Assembly (NCBI GenBank): GCA_965140415.1
Contig: OZ223209.1
Span: 3,392,001-3,456,000, forward strand
DNA from: Myxococcota bacterium
GTDB lineage: Bacteria; Myxococcota_A; SURF-8
Length of the DNA: 64,000 bases
Direction: 5' to 3'
Shown: piece by piece, positions 42,801 to 52,594 of the stretch
How positions within the stretch are numbered: the stretch's first letter is position 1
Layout: every line of letters starts with the position of its first letter
Program-made: the position numbers and the translations under genes
Notes under the pieces: model-generated
What the model was told of the DNA's origin: nothing
What the model saw: only the letters and a program-made list of their open reading frames with translations
Databases searched by the model: none

Positions 42801-43356
42801 GCGATAAAAGCTGATTGATCTTTGGATTCTTTCCACGTTCGGAAAACAACTCATTGGCCTGCTTATGAAAATCGTTCAAGATCTCACGCAGGTTCGAAAG
42901 ACCACTTCCCGCAGCAAAAAGCGTTTCACCTACCTCCCCTTTATCCGCCAGGATCATGCGTCCCCCTTCTCGAAGGCGAACATGATCCAACCCGAACTGC
43001 ATCAAAAAGCTCTGCCGGTCCACGCCAATCAGCATCTCTTCGAGCGACTGTTCAGCGATGAGCTTTTCCGACCAATCCAATAAGGTATTTTTATTTCCTT
43101 TTCTTCTCAAGAATTCTAATTTCTTGTCCCCTAAGCAGACACGCGCTCCTACTCGAAATTTCTTGTACATATGTAGAAAGTCATCCCCCTGGCTGTCAAT
43201 GCCATACAACATCCCAGTTATTGCGCGCAGGGCGGAGCTTTTTCCCGCTTCGTTCAGTCCGAAAATCAAATGAAAACCAGCATCCGTTGTAGAGAAATCC
43301 AGCGTCTGTTCTGTAAACGGTCCAAAGGCTTTCAGGTAGAGCACGTCGAATTTCAT
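39832..43356 (-). CDS. YhaN-like SMC/Rad50-type coiled-coil ATPase
   Basis: Walker A GLNEAGKSS, long coiled coil, signature SDGTRDQLYLALRLA, Walker B LILDD, FTH. Confidence 0.9.
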   Translation of the reverse strand: MKFDVLYLKAFGPFTEQTLDFSTTDAGFHLIFGLNEAGKSSALRAITGMLYGIDSQGDDFLHMYKKFRVGARVCLGDKKLEFLRRKGNKNTLLDWSEKLIAEQSLEEMLIGVDRQSFLMQFGLDHVRLREGGRMILADKGEVGETLFAAGSGLSNLREILNDFHKQANELFSERGKNPKINQLLSQVKKQRKEINDIALSGADWLRMNEELSDLKRKSEGMQQVLQKLNKELTHHKRIQGALSFLGPRKDTLGLLAGLGEVPSLDSEFGTIRSDAQKEHRRCSALLEKLRVECERLEKQRASISIPEGLMEQASEVDALMRESGLIERALEDLPKREQQRNHFELQAVSALKDWRPDITLTQADTLRVSRAMKTRLRSLGERRATLQESLRQSQRKLAEAQVKHTRLQQQKETLPERLDVGNLPELLETIRSKGDLLEALKTTRSHVDAMVEQAHIDLKKLGLFSGALEDLETLSVPELESLQRFGNQFEKLDNNDLQITNAISERKSELAGIARELEAIKLDGRLPTLQELQDTRTNRDRNWEQIKACWLGEDVESEKLDPPQMASSYEVQVLQADRVADDLRLSSDRIAQQEQRLLRKAELEQALNDLEARQQQIAHEREEQMLHWQQLWENVKLDRLLPPNEMIPWKHAQSKLAADVKAIREARQNLTQQEELIDGYCKSLLEQFGKIGSPLESKSVMLTDLLSTTRKRIELAQQREAQHVALAEELATQNREFLQAEQHVALAKDELSDWQQQWEKALQEVAMTSELTPAEVQDVLDVQDRVCEDIDKIRELDNRILGMQKQVETFIHRVEQLAKKLAREIGNMSPLQFLLILNDELKNARRDVVHTKELESRLAEKRQEAEEAEVGMRAAQQTLSDLCKRADCKSEEDLPEVEKRVEQSLNLRRKLESIDEKLQLLSGGTGLDEFLAELEQVDVDEITAAISELHERLEETSKERDELNQAIGQAQSRLDSMDGESKAAELHAEVQASIAQIETLSGRYKQLRLAELLLQSEIERYREENQNPILNTASDLFNRLTQNSFQSLRTDFDAKDKQVLVGVRRDEQQVLVDDISDGTRDQLYLALRLATLLRLLEQGVIMPLILDDLLIHFDDERAKAALSVLADLSLKTQVLFFTHNAHMQYLAMEAIPPERIQTHSLTNSYLAELQQIQE

Positions 43357-44618
43357 TGCGCCCCTCCCGCTTTAAGCAGAGAGGCCATGACCAACTGCCT
43401 GGCCTGTTCGATCAATTCCCGATGCTCGCTTTCTCCATCTTCCGGTTGTTCCAGCCCCTGCGTTTTCAGCATCGGACGAAGCTTGGCATCGATGCCTTGC
43501 ACGGCCTGCTGCACCAAAACATCAAACGCTTCAGGCTCTACTTCCATTTCGTACAATCCCCTGAACAGTTCCCCAAGTGCATCTTCGCGTTGCAGCAGGT
43601 TTTCTTTGCTTAAGGGGAACTCCGTTTCAAAGCGGATTTTCTCTACCCAAACCTGCCCTGCCCCGGCATCCGTTGCTGCGGCTCGGATTTCCGCCATCCA
43701 GTAATCAAAATCGCGTTGGACTTCCGCATGCATTTTCGTTTGACCATGCAAAGTCAACCGAAGAGCCAAAGTCAATTTCGAAAACTTCTTTCGGATTTCT
43801 TCTACCGCATCGATGACAGCAGCAATCAGTTCCCCAGTATCCGTGATGCCTTCGACATCCACCTGTAGGTGTTCCCATTGCAGAACATGCAACGGAATCG
43901 TTTCGAGATGTACCTGGTTTTCATTCACTGTTACCAACATGCATCCTTTTTCTCCGGTTTCCTTGGCATGTCGCCCCTGAATGTTACCAGGAAAGACGAT
44001 CCAAGGTTCTTCGTGAACGACGGAGCCCTGATGAATATGTCCCAACGCCCAGTAGTCATACCCTTTTTCCAACAAATCATTCAGGCTGCAAGGCGCATAG
44101 GCATGATGCCCTTCATATCCGCTCAGGCTGGTATGCAGCAAACCGATGTTAAACAATCCGGGGAGAGCCTGCGGGTAGGCAGAGGCCAGATTTTCCGTAA
44201 CCGCCGCAGTTTTGAAACCCTGCCCATGAATTGCTACCCCAAGCTTGTCTAAAAGGATAGTTTCCGGCTTGTTGACGTTCAAGCGAGTGACATTTTCCGG
44301 CAGTCGCAAATCGGAAACAATGCGCCCTTGGGCATCATGGTTTCCCTGAATCAAGACGACAGGAATCTCCGCCTGTCTGAGACGCGCCATTTCCTTTACG
44401 AAAAACAGACCGGTCTGATAATCCTTCCAATCTCCATCGAAAATATCGCCTGCGATCAATACAAAATCCACCTCATGCTTTATTGCCGAATCGACAAGGT
44501 TAACCAATGCCTGGCGCGGAGCCGATCGAAGTTGATCCACCGGTGCGCCTTCATAGCGCTCCAACCCCAATAACGGGCTATCCAGGTGAATATCGGCAGC
44601 ATGTATGAATCGGAACAT
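43353..44618 (-). CDS. YhaO-like Mre11/SbcD metallophosphoesterase nuclease
   Basis: ADIHLD, AGDIFD, GNHD, LLHTS, ALGHIH, PGNIQGRH; ATGA overlap with the ATPase gene. Confidence 0.92.
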   Translation of the reverse strand: MFRFIHAADIHLDSPLLGLERYEGAPVDQLRSAPRQALVNLVDSAIKHEVDFVLIAGDIFDGDWKDYQTGLFFVKEMARLRQAEIPVVLIQGNHDAQGRIVSDLRLPENVTRLNVNKPETILLDKLGVAIHGQGFKTAAVTENLASAYPQALPGLFNIGLLHTSLSGYEGHHAYAPCSLNDLLEKGYDYWALGHIHQGSVVHEEPWIVFPGNIQGRHAKETGEKGCMLVTVNENQVHLETIPLHVLQWEHLQVDVEGITDTGELIAAVIDAVEEIRKKFSKLTLALRLTLHGQTKMHAEVQRDFDYWMAEIRAAATDAGAGQVWVEKIRFETEFPLSKENLLQREDALGELFRGLYEMEVEPEAFDVLVQQAVQGIDAKLRPMLKTQGLEQPEDGESEHRELIEQARQLVMASLLKAGGAQ

Positions 44619-44904
44619 TGCATCTCTCCCATAAGTCGCGCAGTTTACATCACTCCAGGTGGAACTGCCATGCCATATACTTCATTGAATTCACAAGCAA
44701 TTTTCATAGTAAACGTAAACACGGCTATAACCATGGAGTTAGACCCCATTCTGCATCTAATTGGAATTGCAAGCAATACGAAACTCGCTGTTTTTTATTC
44801 CCTGCTCATCACAAGCATTTCGCTATTCTTGGAATATTACCCAATGCGAACCTGTTCAAATAAGTATGGGCAATGTAGTCCAACTTAACCATCGGAGGCA
44901 GTAC

Positions 44905-45306
44905 ATGGGACAAGGCTTACGTGTTACGTTTCGTCATGTCGAAGAACCTGAAGATGTTCAATCCTTTATTTATCGGGAGGCCAACAAACTTCGGAAGAAA
45001 TTTGGAGAACCCCTTGCCTTTGAAGTTGTGGTGGATCGACCGCATCGAAGCCGACAGAACGGCAACCGCCACGATGTCCGTATCCGCGCAAAAGCGCCAG
45101 GAAGGAAAACCTTTTTCGCTCGCGGCCGCGAACCCAACAATTACGTGCAAAACGTCTTTGTTGCATTGGAAGATGCATTCAATGCCCTGGAACAAAAGCT
45201 TCGCCATTCCATCAATCCCAGACGGCGAGACAACTTGAAAATGGAAATGCAACCAGAGGCAGAACCATTCTCAGGTATGGACCTGGAAGAAGAAGTCTAT
45301 TACTAA
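44905..45306 (+). CDS. HPF/RaiA-family ribosome-associated protein
   Basis: VTFRHVE, H..R..GNRHDVRI, VALEDAFNALEQKL; GGAGG RBS before ATG 44905. Confidence 0.75.
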   Translation: MGQGLRVTFRHVEEPEDVQSFIYREANKLRKKFGEPLAFEVVVDRPHRSRQNGNRHDVRIRAKAPGRKTFFARGREPNNYVQNVFVALEDAFNALEQKLRHSINPRRRDNLKMEMQPEAEPFSGMDLEEEVYY

Positions 45307-45329
45307 ATCGTACATGCTTTTCTTTTAAA

Positions 45330-45365
45330 ACCCTACAAGACAGACATCATCACGTCTTGTAGGGT
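45330..45365. terminator. hairpin between convergent genes
   Basis: ACCCTACAAGAC-12 nt-GTCTTGTAGGGT, with outer AAATCGTACA/TGTACGATTT pairing. Confidence 0.65.
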
Positions 45366-45421
45366 CTTGTACGATTTACGCGTTTATCCGTTAATGCGTA
45401 TGATAACGGAACCGCTTTTGT

Positions 45422-46699
45422 CTACTCATCAAACGGCAAACCGGAGGTTTCCAATAGCGCCAGCATCACAGAGCCCAAACCATAAGAAATATCATCTACC
45501 TGGTTGATGGCCGCATAGACTTCGAATGTGCCAGGATTGGTCGGCCCGGAAGTCCCCGTAACCACAGGACGATCCATGGCGTCTCGTGTGATCCTTGCCT
45601 TGATACCTTCCATTGCCTTTTCGATAACAGGCAATACAGTCTCGTCCTGTAACCCATACCGGTAGGCTCTCGCCAAAGCGAATGCGACCAGGGCAGAAGC
45701 GCTGGTTTCCAGGTAGGTTTCGTCGGGACGATTCAAGATTGTCCACCACAAACCGGTTTGTTCATCCTGAACGGCAAGAAACGCATCAACCTGTTTCTCA
45801 ATGGCCGTACGTAGCGTTTCGATATTTTCTCCTCGGTTACGACGCACGCGCAGGTGATCGTAGGTCGCCGCCGTGACCCAGGCATTCCCTCGCGCCCAGA
45901 ACACATTGTCTTCTTGCTCGAAAGACGTCTGATAGGCGTGCTTGTAGAAACCACCCTCTTTTTGTAGTACATCGCTGAAGATTTCAAACTGCTCGACGTA
46001 ATCATCAAGGCTTTCGACTTCACCGGAGTATTCCCCCCACTTCGTCATCACATTACCGAACATGAACAGTGAATCCACCCATAACGTCACACCGAGCGCA
46101 TCGAAGGTTCCCAGGTGATTCAAGCCGCCTTCATCGGTGCGATGCGCCACCTCATCGAGGTAGTAAAATGCATCATCAAGCACCGTGCGATATTTTGCTT
46201 CGTCGAAATCCTGCAACACCGCCAAGGCAACCGCCGCCGGAGCGCAGGTGTCGCTGGTACCGATTAAATAGCCTTCTTCGATGTGGTGATCGATCCAGGC
46301 TTTGTAATAGTCCCGGTAATCGGTATCTCCTGTTATGCGGTACAGTTCCACCAGTCCCAGCATCATCACGGTTTCGCCCCAACTCCAGGCGACACTTTCC
46401 GCAGTATGCAATGCCATCTGTTTTTGTGCGATTTCGATCGCCAACGCGACTTGCGCGCTTTGTGGGTCTCGTTTACTCGCATAACAGTTCGCATCCGGCG
46501 GAGTATCCAGCTCGCAATAGTCGAACGCCTCCTTCCAGACAAGCTCCGTTTCCTGTTCCAACTCTCCATCGATGTCCGAATCGCCATCTGCGGGAGCCTG
46601 GCCTTCCGTATCCGAACCACAGCCAGTCAAGAACGGCAAAGAGCATAAGAACAGTACCAATACAACAACATGCATGGATTTCATCATGAACGTTCGCAT
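45422..46699 (-). CDS. GH105/GH88-like unsaturated glycuronyl hydrolase, lipoprotein
   Basis: Lipobox LTGC; LWVDSLFM, FWARGNAW, GLW, YLETSASA motifs. Confidence 0.85.
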   Translation of the reverse strand: MRTFMMKSMHVVVLVLFLCSLPFLTGCGSDTEGQAPADGDSDIDGELEQETELVWKEAFDYCELDTPPDANCYASKRDPQSAQVALAIEIAQKQMALHTAESVAWSWGETVMMLGLVELYRITGDTDYRDYYKAWIDHHIEEGYLIGTSDTCAPAAVALAVLQDFDEAKYRTVLDDAFYYLDEVAHRTDEGGLNHLGTFDALGVTLWVDSLFMFGNVMTKWGEYSGEVESLDDYVEQFEIFSDVLQKEGGFYKHAYQTSFEQEDNVFWARGNAWVTAATYDHLRVRRNRGENIETLRTAIEKQVDAFLAVQDEQTGLWWTILNRPDETYLETSASALVAFALARAYRYGLQDETVLPVIEKAMEGIKARITRDAMDRPVVTGTSGPTNPGTFEVYAAINQVDDISYGLGSVMLALLETSGLPFDE

Positions 46700-46744
46700 T
46701 CTTTTTCCTTTTCAATCGAGTACAGGCACAGCTAACAGGTACAT

Positions 46745-49087
46745 TTATTCAGCGCCAACAGTAACCACATCACCGGTTTCGTTTTCGAACACACTGCTGG
46801 AATTTACTTTCAGGAAACTTCCACGCGCCATAAGCGACATCGATTTGTCACCTGATAGTGTAGTGAATACGAAAGCGGCATCGGTTTCAATGGCACTTCC
46901 ATTACTCAATGTCAATTGCTCGGGCGCATCCGACTGGCGAAGCAGTAACAAGTCTTCACCACCTGCATACGTTACAAGCCAAGCCGTGACACCCGATGCA
47001 ACAGAATCGACGGTCAAAGCCGTAACCGTCAAACGGCCGTCTTCCGCTCCCGCTGTCGCACCAACCCGATAGGGAGCCGCGATTGCCAGAAAACCTGGCG
47101 ATATCGCCGTGATTTCACCATCCATTACACCATGATACTCCACGCCATTGCCGAAACTGTGAACACGCGGGGCATCATCTTCGACATTGGGCGGTTCCGA
47201 AAACGTTAAACCCGGTTCCGTACTTGATAAATAAACGTCAACACCGGCTTGGGTTCGCTCCCAAGTTGCACCGGATGACGTTAAATTATACGTCCCCCCT
47301 GAACTGTACCCGGCATAGCCATGCAAGCGCCAGCGATGCTTTCTAGCCTCCGTTACCGGAGTAACTATCCGATCCACAACAGCCAGATAGCGACCATGCA
47401 GCATCAGCATCGAACGCTCCGTTCGCGACACATCGATATCCTGCCAAGCTTCAACATAGGCGAGATCATCGTATAAGACCTCGTTCTTCAAAAAGGCGTC
47501 CGCTCCTCCGAAATTCAGTAGCAACCCCTTCGGTGGCACTTCCTCCCCTTCAATGGTCAACAGGTTGTGTGCATCTGTCTGTGCTGTAACCGCATTGTTG
47601 GCCTTGTTGGGTTTGTAATAGCCAGGATCAATAAGCAGATACTCCCCATAAGCCGAGAAGGTGAAGGAGCCATCGTCGATGTGGTCATGAATGTCGGTGC
47701 GCACTGCACCATGTTCGGCGGTCAGCATCGCCCAGCGAGCATCCTCATCCCATCCACTACGGAAGATCGCCTGCCCGGCGGTCGGCATAACGCGGTGGGT
47801 CCAAGTTGGGAAAACCGGTTCCATATCCTCGCTTACCCATAGTAAATGCTCCACCTGCAAGTCCATCCCGCCGCCCATGTTCATGTGGTTGTTATACCAA
47901 TCCCACAACAGTTCAGGTCGATTTTGCAATGTGGCCATAATCCCCGATCCATTTTGGTCCATCAGATTGGAATCTTCCATTGGTGGGCGACGCCCATCAG
48001 GCATCCGCAGTGCTAAAAACCAATCTGATGTGTTCTGAAACCGATCGGCGTAAAGTGGGTTTTGGAAAACGAAAGGTTCTCCGTCCGTACACTCATATCC
48101 GGCCCAATGTCCTTCGTCCTGCCGATTGATACAATCACGCAGAAGCGTCCGGCTTTCTCCGATACGATTTTCCCAGGCCAAGAAAAGCGCCAGCGAAGGA
48201 GCATAGGCAAAACGGAAATACAGTGGACCTTCACACACACCGCCATCTTCCGCCACATATTGACCATCCGGTCCCCACAGATAATCCAGTTCGCTAAACG
48301 CCCAGTTCGCCCATTGCTCGGCTTCCGGATATTCCGGGAAAGCCATGGCAACATAGCCAATTGCAACTGCCGTGCGAATGGGGTGATTGTTCTGAGTCAG
48401 GTGAATAGACATGATCCGGTTGATTTCATCGAGAACGTAATCGTGATAGAAGGCGCTTGTGATGGTCGTCAGTTTGTCTTCCACTGCTTGGGCTTCGTCT
48501 TCCGGAATCATGTTGGCTCCACGCAACAGATCCAGAGCATTGCTGTATCCAACCAAGGTTGTCGTAATACGAATGTCGATATCGAAATCGGTGTGGCTCG
48601 CATAGTTATCAGACAGTTTATCCATGAAATCACGAGCTTTTTCCGCCATGTCGACATCGTCAAGCAACCAAGCCAGAAAAGCGGCGGCCTGTGCGACTTG
48701 TGCATTCCTCTGTTCGTTACTGTCGAATGTATCCGGTTCCGGGAAATCATAATGATCTCGCGCCGCATATCCTTGAATCTGCTCCAGAATCTGGCTGTAA
48801 GGTTCCCTGGTGATACGATCCAGCAATCGAGCCTTATCTTCCGGTTTGACCAGCAGACTCGGCGCGAAATCCGGTCGAGGCGGCAGACCGGCAGCAGGCA
48901 GCGTGTCCTGCTCTTCGGAATCCGAGAGTTCCTCCTCTATTCCGTCTCTATCAATATCGCCTGACTCGATTTCAACGGAATCCAGATCGCCGTCGATTTG
49001 TGTATTTTCGCTGTCATCACTGCATCCAATTAGCGAGATCAGCAAGGAGCAGGTTACAAAGAGTATCAGTGCCGTTGATCTAAACAT
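46745..49087 (-). CDS. heparinase II/III-family polysaccharide lyase, lipoprotein
   Basis: Lipobox LIGC; NNH, EGPLY, FRSGW, HDHIDDGSF, IDPGY, AHN motifs. Confidence 0.85.
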   Translation of the reverse strand: MFRSTALILFVTCSLLISLIGCSDDSENTQIDGDLDSVEIESGDIDRDGIEEELSDSEEQDTLPAAGLPPRPDFAPSLLVKPEDKARLLDRITREPYSQILEQIQGYAARDHYDFPEPDTFDSNEQRNAQVAQAAAFLAWLLDDVDMAEKARDFMDKLSDNYASHTDFDIDIRITTTLVGYSNALDLLRGANMIPEDEAQAVEDKLTTITSAFYHDYVLDEINRIMSIHLTQNNHPIRTAVAIGYVAMAFPEYPEAEQWANWAFSELDYLWGPDGQYVAEDGGVCEGPLYFRFAYAPSLALFLAWENRIGESRTLLRDCINRQDEGHWAGYECTDGEPFVFQNPLYADRFQNTSDWFLALRMPDGRRPPMEDSNLMDQNGSGIMATLQNRPELLWDWYNNHMNMGGGMDLQVEHLLWVSEDMEPVFPTWTHRVMPTAGQAIFRSGWDEDARWAMLTAEHGAVRTDIHDHIDDGSFTFSAYGEYLLIDPGYYKPNKANNAVTAQTDAHNLLTIEGEEVPPKGLLLNFGGADAFLKNEVLYDDLAYVEAWQDIDVSRTERSMLMLHGRYLAVVDRIVTPVTEARKHRWRLHGYAGYSSGGTYNLTSSGATWERTQAGVDVYLSSTEPGLTFSEPPNVEDDAPRVHSFGNGVEYHGVMDGEITAISPGFLAIAAPYRVGATAGAEDGRLTVTALTVDSVASGVTAWLVTYAGGEDLLLLRQSDAPEQLTLSNGSAIETDAAFVFTTLSGDKSMSLMARGSFLKVNSSSVFENETGDVVTVGAE

Positions 49088-49292
49088 GTCACCACCAGTT
49101 GTTAAGAGATAAAAATCCTGTGTCGCTCAACCCATTTTGTATTAATCGCGAGTATTATAGCAAACCATATGGAAATTTCCAGGCAATCATAGAACGTATG
49201 CACAAAGTGAACGAAATAATTATTGAATATTCGACGCAATGCGGCATAATGGCTTCGTTCTTTTCATAAACCCAAGTGAAGGCGGTAGAGTC

Positions 49293-50537
49293 ATGGCTAA
49301 GAAAAAAGGGAAACCGATTCAAGATGAACGAAGCTATGTCAAGAATCTAATTGCGTCTATCATCGACCGTTGTCCACGTCGTCAGCCAACAAGTGAAGAT
49401 GAACGACGCTCCCAGGAAATGATGGCCGAAGAGTTCAAGAAACTTGGGCTTGATACCGAATTTCACTCTTTTCAGTTCAATGACAATTTGTATGCCAATA
49501 TCGCCCTGCACTTCGGTATGAGCACGGCGGGGACACTCGTATCCGGTCTCTTCCCTGCATTGGGATTGGCTCTACATACCACTGCTACAGGTTCCTACGT
49601 AGCGGAATCGACACGCAAAGGCTATTTTCTCCGTCGCCTCTTGAAATTCAAGCCATCGCAGAATCTGCTGGCAACCATCCCGGCTAAAGATGAACCCAAA
49701 CTGCGGATCGTGCTGATCAGCCATGCCGATGCGGCTTTCACCGGATTTCTTTTCAGTGACCGCATGGTAAAGATGTCCGCAAAAAGTACCCTTCCCGCGT
49801 TGAAACGCTCGATGGCCTTAACCACCCAAACTTCCGGTGCTTTGATGGGGTTCGACTCACTACGAATGCTACTGGGACCGCTTGCTATTCCCTTGCGACC
49901 TTTAGAATACCTACTGACCCTGCCCTCTTTACTGGCGTTTCTGCTCAATATCGAAATGGTGATCCGCAATGAAATCGTTCCCGGCGCCAACGATAACCTG
50001 AGTGGCACCGCAGCCCTGCCCATATTGGCGCAACGTTTGATCGCGCGTAAACCAGAGGACGTCGAATTGGTTTTCGCAGTAAGCGGCTGCGAAGAAGCCA
50101 GCCTGGGCGGCGCCGACGCGCTGGCGCGAGAAATGGAATCGAAGTGGGATAAAGCAAACACGGTGATCCTGGGTCTGGATGGTCTGACCAACGGCGACTT
50201 GAATTACATCCACACCGAAGGCGAAGTCATTCGCACGCCGGTTCCCAAATGGCTGAGTGACACCATTGACGATGTTGCCGCATCGGAGGAGCGCTTTGCC
50301 GATGAAGTGAAGGGCTTTGAAGTTCCTGTAGGCGGTTCTGACGTCGCGGCCTTTCTCGCACATGGCTGGGATGGAGTCTGCCTGGCTTGCGTCGATCCAA
50401 CCATCGGCGCACCGAGACATTATCACCAGCGAAGCGACACGGTTGAAAACCTGGACATGGACAAATTGATGTACAGCATCGACTTTGCCGAGAAATTGGT
50501 GGATGCAATTATTGAACGGCGTTTGCCAACAGCCTGA
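49293..50537 (+). CDS. M28-family metallopeptidase with hydrophobic segments
   Basis: SHAD, GANDNLSG, GCEE, SDV, HYHQRSDT. Confidence 0.85.
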   Translation: MAKKKGKPIQDERSYVKNLIASIIDRCPRRQPTSEDERRSQEMMAEEFKKLGLDTEFHSFQFNDNLYANIALHFGMSTAGTLVSGLFPALGLALHTTATGSYVAESTRKGYFLRRLLKFKPSQNLLATIPAKDEPKLRIVLISHADAAFTGFLFSDRMVKMSAKSTLPALKRSMALTTQTSGALMGFDSLRMLLGPLAIPLRPLEYLLTLPSLLAFLLNIEMVIRNEIVPGANDNLSGTAALPILAQRLIARKPEDVELVFAVSGCEEASLGGADALAREMESKWDKANTVILGLDGLTNGDLNYIHTEGEVIRTPVPKWLSDTIDDVAASEERFADEVKGFEVPVGGSDVAAFLAHGWDGVCLACVDPTIGAPRHYHQRSDTVENLDMDKLMYSIDFAEKLVDAIIERRLPTA

Positions 50538-50544
50538 AAATGCT

Positions 50545-51066
50545 TCACTTAGCTGTTGGCTTGTAGTGAAGAAGACATTCTTTCACGGTAGCGGACAATT
50601 CGTAGGCAATCTGGCTTGCAATGGTTATTGCGCTTTTAGGCAACTCAGCAGGAGTGAATCGCACGTTATTCCGGTCCATACCTTCCCAGTGCAGCAATAA
50701 CCGGGTTCTCGGCAGGTGCGAGCAATCACTAACCACTTGAATCTGCTTTGGATTCATCTTTTCTGACAGTTCTGTCAGCAGCATGGCTTGTTCACGGGTT
50801 GTGGTCGTCTCTGTTTCATACCAGATCATGTCGGACGGAATCCCCTGTTCAATAAGCCAGTTGCGCATAGTATCGGCTTCCGCATACTCATTCAACACGG
50901 CAGCGCCCATAAGTAAGACACATTGCTGAGGTTGCGACTCCCAACACTCCAGCGCTTTGCTGCAACGGCGAAACAATGGTGGAGACAATGTCCCTTCGTC
51001 TGTCGCCGGCGCACCCAATACGACTATCCACAATCTGTTTTCCAATATTTTTGTACTGCTATTCAT
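50545..51066 (-). CDS. YdcF/DUF218 family protein
   Basis: IVVLG, EADTMR, TTTREQA, VSDCSHLPR. Confidence 0.75.
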   Translation of the reverse strand: MNSSTKILENRLWIVVLGAPATDEGTLSPPLFRRCSKALECWESQPQQCVLLMGAAVLNEYAEADTMRNWLIEQGIPSDMIWYETETTTTREQAMLLTELSEKMNPKQIQVVSDCSHLPRTRLLLHWEGMDRNNVRFTPAELPKSAITIASQIAYELSATVKECLLHYKPTAK

Positions 51067-51358
51067 AGTTTTCTTGCCTTTTAGGAAAAAAGGAACAATT
51101 TTCTGTGAATTTTCTATCATAGGTTTTTAGGATTTGCTATCAGACGAGCGAAAAGCGATAAATATCGCGTTTCTATTGTCGAATAGAAACATCCAATAAG
51201 GAAAGCCAACAATGACGAAACCGGTTTATTCCTATGGTAACATTATTAACATTATTGACAATTTAAATTCTTTTCTGCTATGGTCGATCAGTTCAATTTG
51301 TAAATATTGTTAGTTCGTTCTCTCATTACCATCAGAAGCTCATTTGAAAGGAACGCCC

Positions 51359-52051
51359 GTGACGCCCACCAGCCGCTATAATAATCGGATCAGTAAGCGA
51401 ATTCCCATTCACTTTGGAACACCAACCCCAACAAACCTTGGATTTATTAAAAATCTCTCGCTAAAAGGAGTTGCAATATCCAGCAGGGTGACCTATGCGC
51501 CACTTACCACAATTGCCGTGCGTATCGACCACGGGGAATACGCAATCCCTTTAGATGGCCGGGTCCGCTGGGCAGTGGACAAAAAGCAGTTACAGAGTCG
51601 CATGGTCAGCGATGCCATTGTCAATTTCGATATGGGTATTGAATTCATCAACAGATCAGACAAGTACCTGGATCTGCTTGCAGAACTCGTCAGTCATTTC
51701 GATGAAAACCGCAGAGAGCGCCGTTTCGAAATGATTCTGCGAGTCACGTTTGAAACCCCGGAGGAAGTATACCAGGAATATACCAACAACATCTCGCTAG
51801 GCGGCATGTTCATTGCCACCCGCAACCCACCACAACTCAACACCGATGTTGACGTGCAGCTTTTCCTTGGAGATATCTTAGAGTTGATCCAGGTCCGCTC
51901 ACGAGTCGTACACGTTGTCTCTGATGAGATGGCAGAAAGCACGGGAATGAACCCCGGCATCGGAATTCAGTTCATCAAGTTCCATGGAGACGATGAAACT
52001 CGCTTTCAAAAATATATCGATGAATTGAAGAGCCGCTTCGAAACCATTTAG
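51359..52051 (+). CDS. tandem PilZ-domain protein, paralog of 19369-20055
   Basis: RYNNR..NLSLKG and RRERR..NISLGG, GIGIQF; GTG start; promoter TTGACA-18-TATGGT at 51255-51284. Confidence 0.85.
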   Translation: MTPTSRYNNRISKRIPIHFGTPTPTNLGFIKNLSLKGVAISSRVTYAPLTTIAVRIDHGEYAIPLDGRVRWAVDKKQLQSRMVSDAIVNFDMGIEFINRSDKYLDLLAELVSHFDENRRERRFEMILRVTFETPEEVYQEYTNNISLGGMFIATRNPPQLNTDVDVQLFLGDILELIQVRSRVVHVVSDEMAESTGMNPGIGIQFIKFHGDDETRFQKYIDELKSRFETI

Positions 52052-52082
52052 CGAACGTAAAGCGGCTGTTTTTGCAGAAACA

Positions 52083-52136
52083 CCAGCAAACTCCCTATCA
52101 GGGAAAAGAGTATTCTTTCCCTGAAAGGCTGCTGGA
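52083..52136. terminator. long hairpin between convergent genes
   Basis: CCAGCA..TCAGGGAAAAGA-GTAT-TCTTTCCCTGA..TGCTGG. Confidence 0.6.
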
Positions 52137-52145
52137 TTAGAACAC

Positions 52146-52577
52146 TTACCAACCCTTTTTCTTTAAAATCTCATCGATTGCCTGCGCAGAACGTTCCTCC
52201 ATCAGGACCATTCGTTGAACCGCAGCATCGCCTATCATGTCTGTAAGCTTTTGAATATCAACGGGTTTCTCTAAAAACTCCGTTGCTCCGGCTTTAATTG
52301 CTTCGATCCCTTTCGAAATCGTCCCATGGCCGGTTAAAATAATAACCTGCTGATCGGCATCACCGGTAAGCATTTGTTTCAACGTTTCGATCCCATCCAT
52401 TCCGGGCATCTGTAGGTCGAGTATTACCGCGTCGAAACGATGCTCTTCAGCCAGTTTTATCGCATCCGGTCCATTGTTGGCGGTGAACACATTCAGATCC
52501 CGCAACTCCAGCCGTTCGGAAAGCGTCTCCGTAAAATCCTTTTCATCATCAACAAGCAACACTTTTGCATTTGCCAT
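52146..52577 (-). CDS. single-domain response regulator
   Basis: LLVDDE, LDLQMPGMDG, LTGHG, EKP; no output domain. Confidence 0.92.
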   Translation of the reverse strand: MANAKVLLVDDEKDFTETLSERLELRDLNVFTANNGPDAIKLAEEHRFDAVILDLQMPGMDGIETLKQMLTGDADQQVIILTGHGTISKGIEAIKAGATEFLEKPVDIQKLTDMIGDAAVQRMVLMEERSAQAIDEILKKKGW

Positions 52578-52594
52578 ATCCGAATCCTTTCATC

